Of a stretch of 64,000 nt of DNA, positions 20,317 through 29,416 are shown one piece after another. Position 1 is the first letter of the stretch; each line of letters starts with the position of its first letter. The notes under the pieces were generated by a model. The model saw only the letters and a program-made list of their open reading frames with translations, was not told the origin of the DNA and did no database searches. The stretch lies in the NCBI GenBank assembly GCA_016932045.1, contig JAFGDO010000011.1, positions 5,997 through 69,996 of the forward strand. Reading direction: 5' to 3'. Source of the stretch: Candidatus Dojkabacteria bacterium (GTDB lineage Bacteria; Patescibacteriota; Dojkabacteria; JAHIVN01). The position numbers and the translations under genes are program-made.

Positions 20317-23283
20317 TTAGGCCTCCTTAATAGCAAATAATCTATTTACCAGTTCTTTTCCCCATGCTTGTGGTGATTGGAAATACTCAAGGGGTTCTCC
20401 TCCTGCATCATCGCTTGCTCTGATCAACATTTCTCTTGATACAATCCCTCTTCTTACTTGAATTTCTATGTGTTCTTCTATTATCCCTTCAACCAATCTG
20501 CCTGCTCTTGCTCCGATTCGAATGAAGCGTACTAGTTCTCCTTCTGTAAGTGGGAGGCTGTATGTTACTGTGGATAAAGCAACTACCATCGCAATGGTTC
20601 TTAGGTCTTTAGCACCACCTAGTTGTCCTGAAATACTTCGAATCTCTTGTAATATTGGCGTTCCTTTCATTAGGTTAGCCTTGATATGGGTTATGTCTCT
20701 TGGCATTATTAGGTCTACTTGTTCTGGAAGCCGATCCAGTTCTTCAACGGTTGTTGGAATTGCAACTTGTGCTTCTACTATGCTATCAAATATTCCATGA
20801 AGCTTTAGTAAATTAATAATTTGTATTCTTGTTTCAAGGGATTGATCGGCTTTGAGTCTCATTGATAGTGTATCTGTAAAAGTTTCCAAGTTTTCAACTC
20901 TTGGTTTTCTCCCTTCAACTCGAGCTAAACCATGATTTTGCGATATGTGCATCGGAGAGTGACCAGATGCGTAAGCAAGGTAGGTTGAGGCGACTATTCG
21001 TGAAAGAGATCTTATTTGTTCAACTTGGGAGGCAGAAAAGGATAGATTTGTACCATGTCTACAAACACTTATGAGTGAGTCAAGTCCCGTTACAGCTGAG
21101 AGTTCAATTACAAAGGTATCTTCAGTATCAAGAAGTTCGGTACGACGAACCTCGGAATCGTCTCTATCTAGTGATTTTGCCGAAGGTCTAAATGCAAAAT
21201 CAACTATATGTGAATGAAAGTCACTTCCAGTTAGTAATCTATTGCCTGCCTTATTATATATTGATCCTCTGATCAGATTTATAACTATGTGCTGAAGCGG
21301 AGGATAAAAACCAATCCCGAAATCATGAGTAAGTCTCTCTAAAGATAAGGCAAAAGCATCCAGTACAGTTTCCCCTTTGATGAACTTAAGTATATTGGGG
21401 TCTGGTCCTATATCAACAACATCTTGTGATTCACCACCTATTGTTACAGCCACAATTAAATTTCCTCTTTCTAGAAGATGGGCTCTTTGTCGAGGCCCCA
21501 AATCATGATAGGCGCAAATGGCACCAATGGAGTCTTGTCTTGGTGATAATTCTAGTCCTAAACCGTATTTTAAGCCCCAATTATATTTGCCATGTTCGTG
21601 GCTGACTATTCTTCTTACAGGGTCGCTAACCATTACTTTTATTTCAAATAAAGCATCAACAGTAAATCCATCGTGTGGAGTTACATGGGGAATACCTGCT
21701 ACAAAATGTACAGCTTCATATCTTGTATCATCTCGCTTGGTTTCAGATGCTTTTAGATACTCATCATTTTGCCTAAAAACCACTAGTCCTAATTGCCTTG
21801 ATAAGAATTCGGCTGTTGGAGTTGCTACCTGCTCTAGAGTGTACCCTTCTTCAAGATCGACATATAAGGTTATACCTGATCCATCTAGTGAGTATCCTTC
21901 AAGGTAACGCTCAAGAAGTTCATCTAATGACGCTTTTCCATTTGCATTTATAGCAGCTCTTCTAATCAATTCTTGGAATTCTGTTAGGGTGATTGGCCTT
22001 CGAGCATCAAAGCCTTCACCTAGGTTTCTATCAGAATTGGCTTTTAGGTATTCATTTAATTCTGCTTTTATTCTTGCATCATATGGACCGACACTTGCTA
22101 CTCCGGGGATTTTAGCTGCTGCATAAAGATCTCTCAATCTAATTGCAGTTCCGTGAAGGAGAATTCTGGCTCTTTGATCTGTGCAGGTCGGTGGGTATCC
22201 ATAAATTCTATAAGCTATACCATTCTGACGCATTTCCATAATGTCTCGGTATGCTCTCCTATCATATGTAAAGAGAGCAAGGGATGTTACCCTATGTTGC
22301 AAGGAGTTCCATTTATGGTATATATCACAAAGTCTATTCCACCAGTATATAGCCCTTTTTGATTCATCATATGCCTCAACAAGGATACGATCATCTTGAG
22401 ATGAAAACTCCTCAAGTGAAATTTTTCCCCACCGAATCATATAGACAACTGTTTCAAGTTGTTTAGGATTTATCCCTCTTGCCATCTCCATAGTTGCAAT
22501 TGAGTCTATTAGTAGTGCTGCCCAAGAAGTGGAATCATTTCCTAAGGCATTAAGACAACGATTGCACTCATGCTGATTGATAACATATGGCTTATGTTGA
22601 CTATATGGATGACGCATATCTAAATCATGTTTTCTTTGTAGCTGTTCAAATCTGGTGGTTTTTTCACCTGAAGATTCATTAATGCCGGAACTATACATTT
22701 TTTGTCGTGTTTCCAAAGCTTCTTGGACATGGATTGATATATGAGAATAGGCAGGAAGTTGTTTGAAAAATGCTGTATTTACAATTACTTGTTGGTCATA
22801 ATCAATAAATGAAGCTCGTATTCCGGAAAGGATCATTGCTGCTATCATGGTTTCTGCTCCTCCTACAAATCCATGCCAAGCTGTTCCATGCATTCCTTTT
22901 CCAGGCAAATCTGTCGGCTCAAGCGGATACGTTTCAAGAAAGATCCTGATAGCCCAAAGCATCTTTAGTTGAACATTTTCCTCTTGTATACTTTCTCCTG
23001 TTGACTCTTTAATGAACGATGGCAGTGTTGTGTATATTGAATGAATCGTATTAACCACTTCTGTTCCAAATACAGTTTCTATCCTTGCAGTGATTGAGTC
23101 TAAAGTGGTTTCCAGGGGTTCAAATGTTGTATGGGGATATTCTCTTTGTACTAATTCCAAAGCTTCTTGGTATGTAAGGAGTAATGGGTGTGATCTTTCA
23201 TATGTTTCACCCTCTAAGACTGCTGATTGTCCTGCTGATTGTTCCGTATTACCTGCTGCAGCAATAAGTTCTCTTAGTTCCAT
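20317..23283 (-). CDS. Large hypothetical protein (988 aa), no family recognised
   Basis: 2.97-kb uninterrupted ORF. GC appears somewhat higher than in the housekeeping genes, from two hand-counted ~64-124-nt samples. No P-loop or other familiar catalytic motifs were seen by eye. Confidence 0.6.
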   Translation of the reverse strand: MELRELIAAAGNTEQSAGQSAVLEGETYERSHPLLLTYQEALELVQREYPHTTFEPLETTLDSITARIETVFGTEVVNTIHSIYTTLPSFIKESTGESIQEENVQLKMLWAIRIFLETYPLEPTDLPGKGMHGTAWHGFVGGAETMIAAMILSGIRASFIDYDQQVIVNTAFFKQLPAYSHISIHVQEALETRQKMYSSGINESSGEKTTRFEQLQRKHDLDMRHPYSQHKPYVINQHECNRCLNALGNDSTSWAALLIDSIATMEMARGINPKQLETVVYMIRWGKISLEEFSSQDDRILVEAYDESKRAIYWWNRLCDIYHKWNSLQHRVTSLALFTYDRRAYRDIMEMRQNGIAYRIYGYPPTCTDQRARILLHGTAIRLRDLYAAAKIPGVASVGPYDARIKAELNEYLKANSDRNLGEGFDARRPITLTEFQELIRRAAINANGKASLDELLERYLEGYSLDGSGITLYVDLEEGYTLEQVATPTAEFLSRQLGLVVFRQNDEYLKASETKRDDTRYEAVHFVAGIPHVTPHDGFTVDALFEIKVMVSDPVRRIVSHEHGKYNWGLKYGLGLELSPRQDSIGAICAYHDLGPRQRAHLLERGNLIVAVTIGGESQDVVDIGPDPNILKFIKGETVLDAFALSLERLTHDFGIGFYPPLQHIVINLIRGSIYNKAGNRLLTGSDFHSHIVDFAFRPSAKSLDRDDSEVRRTELLDTEDTFVIELSAVTGLDSLISVCRHGTNLSFSASQVEQIRSLSRIVASTYLAYASGHSPMHISQNHGLARVEGRKPRVENLETFTDTLSMRLKADQSLETRIQIINLLKLHGIFDSIVEAQVAIPTTVEELDRLPEQVDLIMPRDITHIKANLMKGTPILQEIRSISGQLGGAKDLRTIAMVVALSTVTYSLPLTEGELVRFIRIGARAGRLVEGIIEEHIEIQVRRGIVSREMLIRASDDAGGEPLEYFQSPQAWGKELVNRLFAIKEA

Positions 23284-23440
23284 GATCTAAATAGGCTACC
23301 ATATGGCAGCCTATAGAAAATTTAGTAAAAATTGATAACCAGAAGAGATTATATCAAAATATTCTCTTTCGTGCATTGTTATAGGACTAATTTCAAAAAG
23401 TACACATTTTGATTTTGTCTTTTTGGGAATGTTTGAGAAT

Positions 23441-24820
23441 TTAACTGATAAGCCTCAGTCCCCTGCCCTTTATTGTTTCAATAAACCTAGGAGTAGAAGC
23501 TTTGTCCCCAAGCTTTTTTCGGATTCTGGACAATGTTCTGTCAATTGCCCAATCTGAGTATTTCTCAATTGAATTCTGACCCCATAGTATCTCTGCTAGC
23601 GCCTCTCGTGTTACTATCTTTCCCTTGTTCTTGTACAAAAGTTGCAGGATTTTATATTCATTTGTTGTGGGCTCTCTTTTTAGTGGCTTAGCATCAACAT
23701 AAACCGTTTTAGTTTTAGGGTCGATATAAAGTCCTTTTGTTACCGGAATCTCAACAGTTGATTTTTTGCCTGTTTTTGATTTGAGATAAATTTCTAAAAG
23801 TGGAGAAAAAAGTTTTTTTTCGCCATTTTCTTCTTTGATGACGCCGGTATTTTCAAGATATTTTGCTCGGTGATTGATAGGAGTATTAGGATTCTGTACA
23901 AATTCGATCAGAAAATCCTTGTATTCATCAAGTAGCTTTGTCCAAAATTTTTCGCTCCTCGCTAGTGTTGTACTATGAGAAGCTAGTTTTCTTATATCTT
24001 TCTTGTCCAGAATGGAGGCATCTTTGCCACTATCAAAATAAATTCTACTTAAAGCTCTCATATACCCTGGATGTCCTCCTGATATCTCAAATATACTTTG
24101 CTTAATCTTCGAGGTAAACTTAATACCTCTCTCTCTTTCCCATTCCTCAAGACCAAGAAAAGCATCTTCCTTACTTATTGGTTTTAACCAGAATTGTTTA
24201 TTGAGGAAAAGGTCATACAGTTCATCTAGAATTTCAGGTGTTAAGCTTGTAAGTAGATCACGATCGCTACTAAATGCTAATGTGACCTGCCATTTATTTA
24301 TATTTCTAAGTGCCTTTAGTGAATTAAAAAATTGTTTGTCAAAATCAGCAAGAGTGCCGAAATCATCAATAAGGATGCACAGATTAAAGTTTGCTTCTTG
24401 TGTTATGGTCTTTATGATATCCTCAATAGCACTAAAAATTACAAAAAGATCCTGGCCGTTTACAGCATTATCATGAATTTCTTTTATTTGGCTTTGAATC
24501 TTTTCATCCTTGATATTTGCTGCCACAGTCTTTTGGATTCTTGTTAGAAGCAGTCTGTAAAAACCAAGTGGGGAAATATCAAGAAGCTTTGTGAGATCTA
24601 GAAAAACTACGATAAAGTCAATTTTCTCTTTTGGGAATAATTCCTGCCAAAATTCTATATTCTTATCAAATGTCTGAAAAAGATCAGTTTTCCCTATTCC
24701 GGGCATTCCCATAAGTGTAAATGACTCACCTTGCTTGATCTGAGCTAGAATTGCTTTGAGAAGGTCTTTTTTGTATCCCTTTTTAAATCGGACGAAGTTT
24801 TTCTCGTTATGTCCTGACAA
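23441..24820 (-). CDS. P-loop NTPase (AAA_16/STAND-like) fused to a C-terminal OmpR/PhoB-type winged-helix DNA-binding domain
   Basis: Walker A is LMGMPGIGKTDLFQ and Walker B-like is LCILIDDFG. The C-terminus YKILQLLYKNKGKIVTREALAEILWG...IDRTLSRIRKKLGD...IETIKGRGLRL matches the trans_reg_C fold. Confidence 0.7.
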   Translation of the reverse strand: MSGHNEKNFVRFKKGYKKDLLKAILAQIKQGESFTLMGMPGIGKTDLFQTFDKNIEFWQELFPKEKIDFIVVFLDLTKLLDISPLGFYRLLLTRIQKTVAANIKDEKIQSQIKEIHDNAVNGQDLFVIFSAIEDIIKTITQEANFNLCILIDDFGTLADFDKQFFNSLKALRNINKWQVTLAFSSDRDLLTSLTPEILDELYDLFLNKQFWLKPISKEDAFLGLEEWERERGIKFTSKIKQSIFEISGGHPGYMRALSRIYFDSGKDASILDKKDIRKLASHSTTLARSEKFWTKLLDEYKDFLIEFVQNPNTPINHRAKYLENTGVIKEENGEKKLFSPLLEIYLKSKTGKKSTVEIPVTKGLYIDPKTKTVYVDAKPLKREPTTNEYKILQLLYKNKGKIVTREALAEILWGQNSIEKYSDWAIDRTLSRIRKKLGDKASTPRFIETIKGRGLRLIS

Positions 24821-24940
24821 TCCTGATCTCTTAAGAATTTATTAATTTGACAAGATTATATACCCCTGTCAGGATTACTGTCAAGTAAATGTCAGGGGAA
24901 TGGTCAGGTTAGAATTTGTGCTATAGTTATTATATAAATT

Positions 24941-25720
24941 TTATATCTGCTCAATTTTCCTCTTCAAATTTTTTAAGGTTTCTGTTAAATCCTTTGTTTT
25001 TTTTATTAATCCAAATTCCTCGCAAAGCTCAAGTGATTCTTTGAGTTTTAGCTTTTTTAGCTGTTTCTGATTCCTAGATTTAAGGTCATTTAAGCTGCTA
25101 TCTTGAGAAATAGTGCCATTTAATAAGCCTCTTATCACCCCATATATTCCAATTGTCTGCAGTTTATCTGCATCATATAGGATCTTAGCTCCGAGCCGGA
25201 TTATTTTTCTGGAGTAAGGACCAATTTTAGTTATTCTTTTGAAACCTAATTTGTAACCGGTTGAATCGTGGCAACTTATAATTTTTTTCACTGCTTGAGC
25301 GAAATAACGTTCTGCTCCCCAATTATCTAATTTTTTATAGGCTAAAACTGAACACTGATAGCTGTGCTCGTCTTTTTTCCTATAGGAAGGGTATTTTCTT
25401 GATGCACAATCATGCAAAAGAGAGGAAGCAAAGATTAGGACTTTTAATTTGTTTTGTTCTTCTTTTAAAATTTTTCTTCTGTTTAGTATTTTACCCAAGA
25501 GAGAAAAAGATGTGTTGTGAGCCAAGTATAGATGATTTTTATTGTGAGTTATGTCAAGAACTTTTGAATAGCTTTCGGCATATGTGGTAATATTCTGTTT
25601 CAGTTGGTTTGGAAGCGAAAGAATTACTTTCCTTGACCTGATATTGACAGCGCGTAGAAAATTTTTAGCTTCTTGTTTTGATATCACGGGAGTAGAATTA
25701 AATAATAGTAATGGCAGCAA
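24941..25720 (-). CDS. HD-domain phosphohydrolase-family protein
   Basis: The His/Asp motifs are [19 protein letters not shown] and ILYDADKL. The gene overlaps the 3' end of gyrA. Confidence 0.55.
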   Translation of the reverse strand: MLPLLLFNSTPVISKQEAKNFLRAVNIRSRKVILSLPNQLKQNITTYAESYSKVLDITHNKNHLYLAHNTSFSLLGKILNRRKILKEEQNKLKVLIFASSLLHDCASRKYPSYRKKDEHSYQCSVLAYKKLDNWGAERYFAQAVKKIISCHDSTGYKLGFKRITKIGPYSRKIIRLGAKILYDADKLQTIGIYGVIRGLLNGTISQDSSLNDLKSRNQKQLKKLKLKESLELCEEFGLIKKTKDLTETLKNLKRKIEQI

Positions 25721-28316
25721 TTTCGTCTCCTTTATGCAAGCTCATGAGCCTGACGCCTGATGTTTGTCTGCTTCTTTTAGGTAGTTCTTTAGTCGGAATT
25801 TTAACTACCTGGCCTTCCTTACTCATGATAAGGAGCTCACTATCGGGGTGATCAAGAATTCTGGCAGCTGACAAGTTACCGGTTTTTTTAGAAAGGCGAG
25901 CTGTAAAAACTCCCTGCCCTCCCCTACCCTGTTTTGGATACTCTTTTATCTTGGTTGCTTTTCCAAGTCCTCTTTCCGAAACAATAAGCATAAGATCTTC
26001 ATTCTTTCGAATGATATCCATGGATATTACTTCGTCCCCTTTATCTTTGAATTTAATTCCGATAACTCCCATAGTAGCTCTTCCGGTAGGTCGGACATCT
26101 TTTTCTGAGAATCGGATACTCCTTCCGTGTCTTGTGACAAGTATGACTTCATTCTCACCTGTTGTTGGTTTTACCCATATCAGTTCATCATGCTCTGCAA
26201 GTTTTATGGCAATCAGTCCATTGGCTCGGATCTTTTCAAATTCTGAAATTTCTGTTTTTTTCACAATTCCAGTTTGTGTTGCCATGAATAGGAACTTATA
26301 AATTTTACCGCCTTTCTCCTGTTTAACTTGTCCCTCTTGAATCACATCCTCCTCCATAATTCCTTCTTTTGATCTTGTAAGAATGCTTGTGATAAGTTCA
26401 TCTTGATCAATGTTTATAAGGTTTATGATAGCTTGTCCTTTTGCTGTTCTTCCAAATTCAGGAATATCATAAACTTTTATCTGAAATACGCGGCCTTTAT
26501 TTGTGAAAAATAATATATCATCATGCGTATTGCAGCTAAAAACATGAGCAACTGCATCTGTTTCTTTGGTTGTCATGCCGACTTTTCCTTTTCCTCCTCG
26601 TCTCTGAATTTTATAGGTGCCTTCTTTTATCCTTTTAATGTAGCCTTGTTCGCTTACTGTAACAATAACTTCTTCGGCTGCAACAAGATCTTCGTCTGAG
26701 AATTCGTCAGCTCTGCCTTTGTATACTTTTGTCCTCCGTTCATCACCGTATTTTTTCCTTATCTCTTTTAACTCCCCCGTGATAATGTCCAAGACTTTCT
26801 CTGGGGTTTTCAGTATTAATAATAGCTCTTTAATTAAACTCTTTATTTCTTTATATTCCTGTTCAATCTTCTGTCTTTCAAGAGCAGCAAGCCTTCTAAG
26901 CTGCATGTCCAAAATCGCCTGTGCTTGGATCTCGGTCAGTTTAAACTTTTTCATTAAATTTATCTTTGCTACATCAGCATCCTTTGATCTGCGTATAGTG
27001 TTGATAACATCATCAAGGTTAGCAAGGGCGATCATTAACCCTTCAAGGATGTGCTCTCGTTCACGCGCTGTTGCAAGATCAAATTCACTTCTCCGAATGA
27101 CTATCTCTTGTCTGTGTTTGATAAATAATTCTAGAATTCTCTTTAGATTCAATACTCTAGGTTCACCATCTACCAAAGCAAGCATATTGGCGTTAAATGC
27201 CTTCTGCATCTCGGTAAATTTATAAAGCTTATTGAGAATGGTTTTAGGCTTTCCTTCGCGCTTGATGTCAACGACAATGCGAATACCGTCCTTGTTTGAT
27301 TCATCACGGAGGTCTCCGATTCCTTCAATTTTTTTATTCTTTACAAGATCGGCTATTTTAGAGACAAGACGGGCTTTATTCACCTGAAAGGGTATCTCGG
27401 AAATGATAATCTGATACTTTCCTCCATTTGTTTCGTGAATTCCTGCTCTTGCTCTCATAAGGATTCTTCCTCGTCCAGTTGCATATGCATTTGCAATTTC
27501 AGCTGCATCATAGATAGCTGCTCCTGTTGGAAAATCAGGCCCGGGGATAAATTCCATCAACTTGTCAACTGCTACTTCTGTTTCAAAATTTGGGAATCTA
27601 TCATCTGGAAGATCCTTAAGATCTTCACGCGTTTTTATATTATTGAAATAGTCTTTGTTTAAGTTGTCTTCACCATTTGACTCCCATTTATTGCCACTTT
27701 TTATAAGATAGCATAGTGCATCGGCGACCTCTCCAAGGTTGTGAGTCGGGATCTTAGTTGCCATTCCGACCGCGATGCCGTCTGCTCCATTTATTAGCAG
27801 ATTTGGAATAGCTGAAGGTAAAACTTTCGGTTCACGGTAACTTCCGTCATATGTTGGTATAAAGTCAACAGTATTCTTTTCAAGCTCACGAAGCATCTCC
27901 ATGGAAATTTTGGCAAGCCTTGCTTCTGTGTATCGCATTGCAGCTGCACCGTCACCATCAATAGAACCAAAGTTACCTTGACCATCAATGAGCATATATC
28001 TCATTGAAAAGTCTTGAGCCATACGAACAAATGCATCATAGACCGAAATGTCGCCATGCGGATGATATTTACCAATAACATCTCCTACTGTTCTTGCCGA
28101 TTTTCTGTAGGACCTGTTCGGAAGAATGCCTAACTTAAACATGGAGTAAAGAATTCTTCTTTGAACGGGTTTGAGTCCATCTTTCACGTCTGGAAGTGCG
28201 CGTGCAACTATGACACTCATTGCATAGTTGATATAACTTGACCGCATTTCAGAAGAAATGCTCGTTGACACAATATTCCCTTCTTCGCTGTTTATTTTCT
28301 TTTGTTTGGCAGCCAT
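25698..28316 (-). CDS. gyrA: DNA gyrase subunit A
   Basis: The N-terminus [27 protein letters not shown] is present. The catalytic Tyr region [10 protein letters not shown] is present. C-terminal beta-pinwheel repeats are present. Confidence 0.95.
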   Translation of the reverse strand: MAAKQKKINSEEGNIVSTSISSEMRSSYINYAMSVIVARALPDVKDGLKPVQRRILYSMFKLGILPNRSYRKSARTVGDVIGKYHPHGDISVYDAFVRMAQDFSMRYMLIDGQGNFGSIDGDGAAAMRYTEARLAKISMEMLRELEKNTVDFIPTYDGSYREPKVLPSAIPNLLINGADGIAVGMATKIPTHNLGEVADALCYLIKSGNKWESNGEDNLNKDYFNNIKTREDLKDLPDDRFPNFETEVAVDKLMEFIPGPDFPTGAAIYDAAEIANAYATGRGRILMRARAGIHETNGGKYQIIISEIPFQVNKARLVSKIADLVKNKKIEGIGDLRDESNKDGIRIVVDIKREGKPKTILNKLYKFTEMQKAFNANMLALVDGEPRVLNLKRILELFIKHRQEIVIRRSEFDLATAREREHILEGLMIALANLDDVINTIRRSKDADVAKINLMKKFKLTEIQAQAILDMQLRRLAALERQKIEQEYKEIKSLIKELLLILKTPEKVLDIITGELKEIRKKYGDERRTKVYKGRADEFSDEDLVAAEEVIVTVSEQGYIKRIKEGTYKIQRRGGKGKVGMTTKETDAVAHVFSCNTHDDILFFTNKGRVFQIKVYDIPEFGRTAKGQAIINLINIDQDELITSILTRSKEGIMEEDVIQEGQVKQEKGGKIYKFLFMATQTGIVKKTEISEFEKIRANGLIAIKLAEHDELIWVKPTTGENEVILVTRHGRSIRFSEKDVRPTGRATMGVIGIKFKDKGDEVISMDIIRKNEDLMLIVSERGLGKATKIKEYPKQGRGGQGVFTARLSKKTGNLSAARILDHPDSELLIMSKEGQVVKIPTKELPKRSRQTSGVRLMSLHKGDEIAAITII

Positions 28317-28356
28317 CCTTCTTAGAATTAATTACGAAAGAATTAAAGTATTATCT

Positions 28357-28521
28357 TTATTTTATTTCCTTTTGTTCCTCCAAACTATAACTTTGCCTTT
28401 TCTTCCTATTTCCTTCGCTGTATTTTGTGATTAAATAATATATGCCCAAAACCACAATAATTGCGGATACACTGACTGTTGCAATTATTGTTAATCCCCA
28501 GAATAATGCTTCTATGTCCAT
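28357..28521 (-). CDS. Small single-TM protein (54 aa) not in the ORF track, translationally coupled to the AIM24-family gene
   Basis: Manual translation gives MDIEALFWGLTIIATVSVSAIIVVLGIYYLITKYSEGNRKKRQSYSLEEQKEIK. The ATG overlaps the upstream stop as TAATG. Confidence 0.35.
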   Translation of the reverse strand: MDIEALFWGLTIIATVSVSAIIVVLGIYYLITKYSEGNRKKRQSYSLEEQKEIK

Positions 28522-29369
28522 TACCGATTCGCTAACATATCAAAAAATATACTAGCAAAAATGCATCCAAAGAATAAAAGCGAAATAACACATCCAAGAA
28601 TTTGTCTTGAAGCAAATGATTGGGTTGCATTTTGCTGATAATAATTTCTTCCTGCCAGTCCAAATTTTCTTGTTTGTAGCCATACTTTTCCGGGACCTCG
28701 AAGAACTCCTAGGAAAAATCCTTCACCTCCAAACAACCAATTAAATGGTCCTTTGACACTTTGTATATCAAAATCTACCGTATCTTCATATGCAACAAGA
28801 TTTCCCTGATCAACAGCGATTTCCTGGCCATCTTTAAGTTCATACATGACTGCTTCCCCATCGGCAACAAGATGTACTTTCCCCGCTCCTTCTACTTTTT
28901 GCAAGATAAATCCTTTTCCCCCAAAAAGTCCTGCACTGATCCTCTTTGTAAATGCTATTTTTCTTTCAATTCCCTCTTCACTACAAAGGTAGGCTCCCTT
29001 TTGAAAAATGATTCCAGGAGAATTCGTGTTGAGTTGCAGCGGGATAATTTTTCCGGCTTGATCGGTTGTAAAAGTAACTATTCCTGTCCCGCTTGTACAC
29101 GTAAACTTATTTACGAAAATTGATTCTTGAGTAAAAAGACGTGAGATCATCCTTGAGCATCCTTGTCCGTGTGTTGACATTTCAACATTGTTTGTCATCC
29201 AGCTCATCTTGCCTGCCTCACTGTAGATGTGTTCATTCTCATCAAGTTGAACACTTAATGCCTGGAGAGTTGTTCCAATGGTTCTATATGTGATACCTTT
29301 ACTACCTACTTCACCCTTTTCTACAAATTCTTTTTTTGTGACTTTTGTTACCTGATTTTGGTTTGCCAT
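28521..29369 (-). CDS. AIM24/TIGR00266 (DUF124) family protein with a C-terminal TM helix
   Basis: The family core is ...SAGLFGGKGFILQKVEGAGKVHLVADGEAV...GPFNWLFGGEGFFLGVLRGPGKVWLQT. Confidence 0.7.
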   Translation of the reverse strand: MANQNQVTKVTKKEFVEKGEVGSKGITYRTIGTTLQALSVQLDENEHIYSEAGKMSWMTNNVEMSTHGQGCSRMISRLFTQESIFVNKFTCTSGTGIVTFTTDQAGKIIPLQLNTNSPGIIFQKGAYLCSEEGIERKIAFTKRISAGLFGGKGFILQKVEGAGKVHLVADGEAVMYELKDGQEIAVDQGNLVAYEDTVDFDIQSVKGPFNWLFGGEGFFLGVLRGPGKVWLQTRKFGLAGRNYYQQNATQSFASRQILGCVISLLFFGCIFASIFFDMLANR

Positions 29370-29416
29370 AGTTAATTAGTAGTTTAAGTAATATTATTTA
29401 ATACTGTCATATTGTT

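Noticed and set aside
20468-23290. Several 66-129-aa plus-strand ORFs
   Set aside because: All lie antisense within the 988-aa gene and have no independent support.
25951-27225. Plus-strand ORFs 25951-26301 and 26719-27225 inside gyrA
   Set aside because: They are antisense to a highly conserved gene and are low-complexity Ser/Leu-rich translations typical of shadow ORFs.
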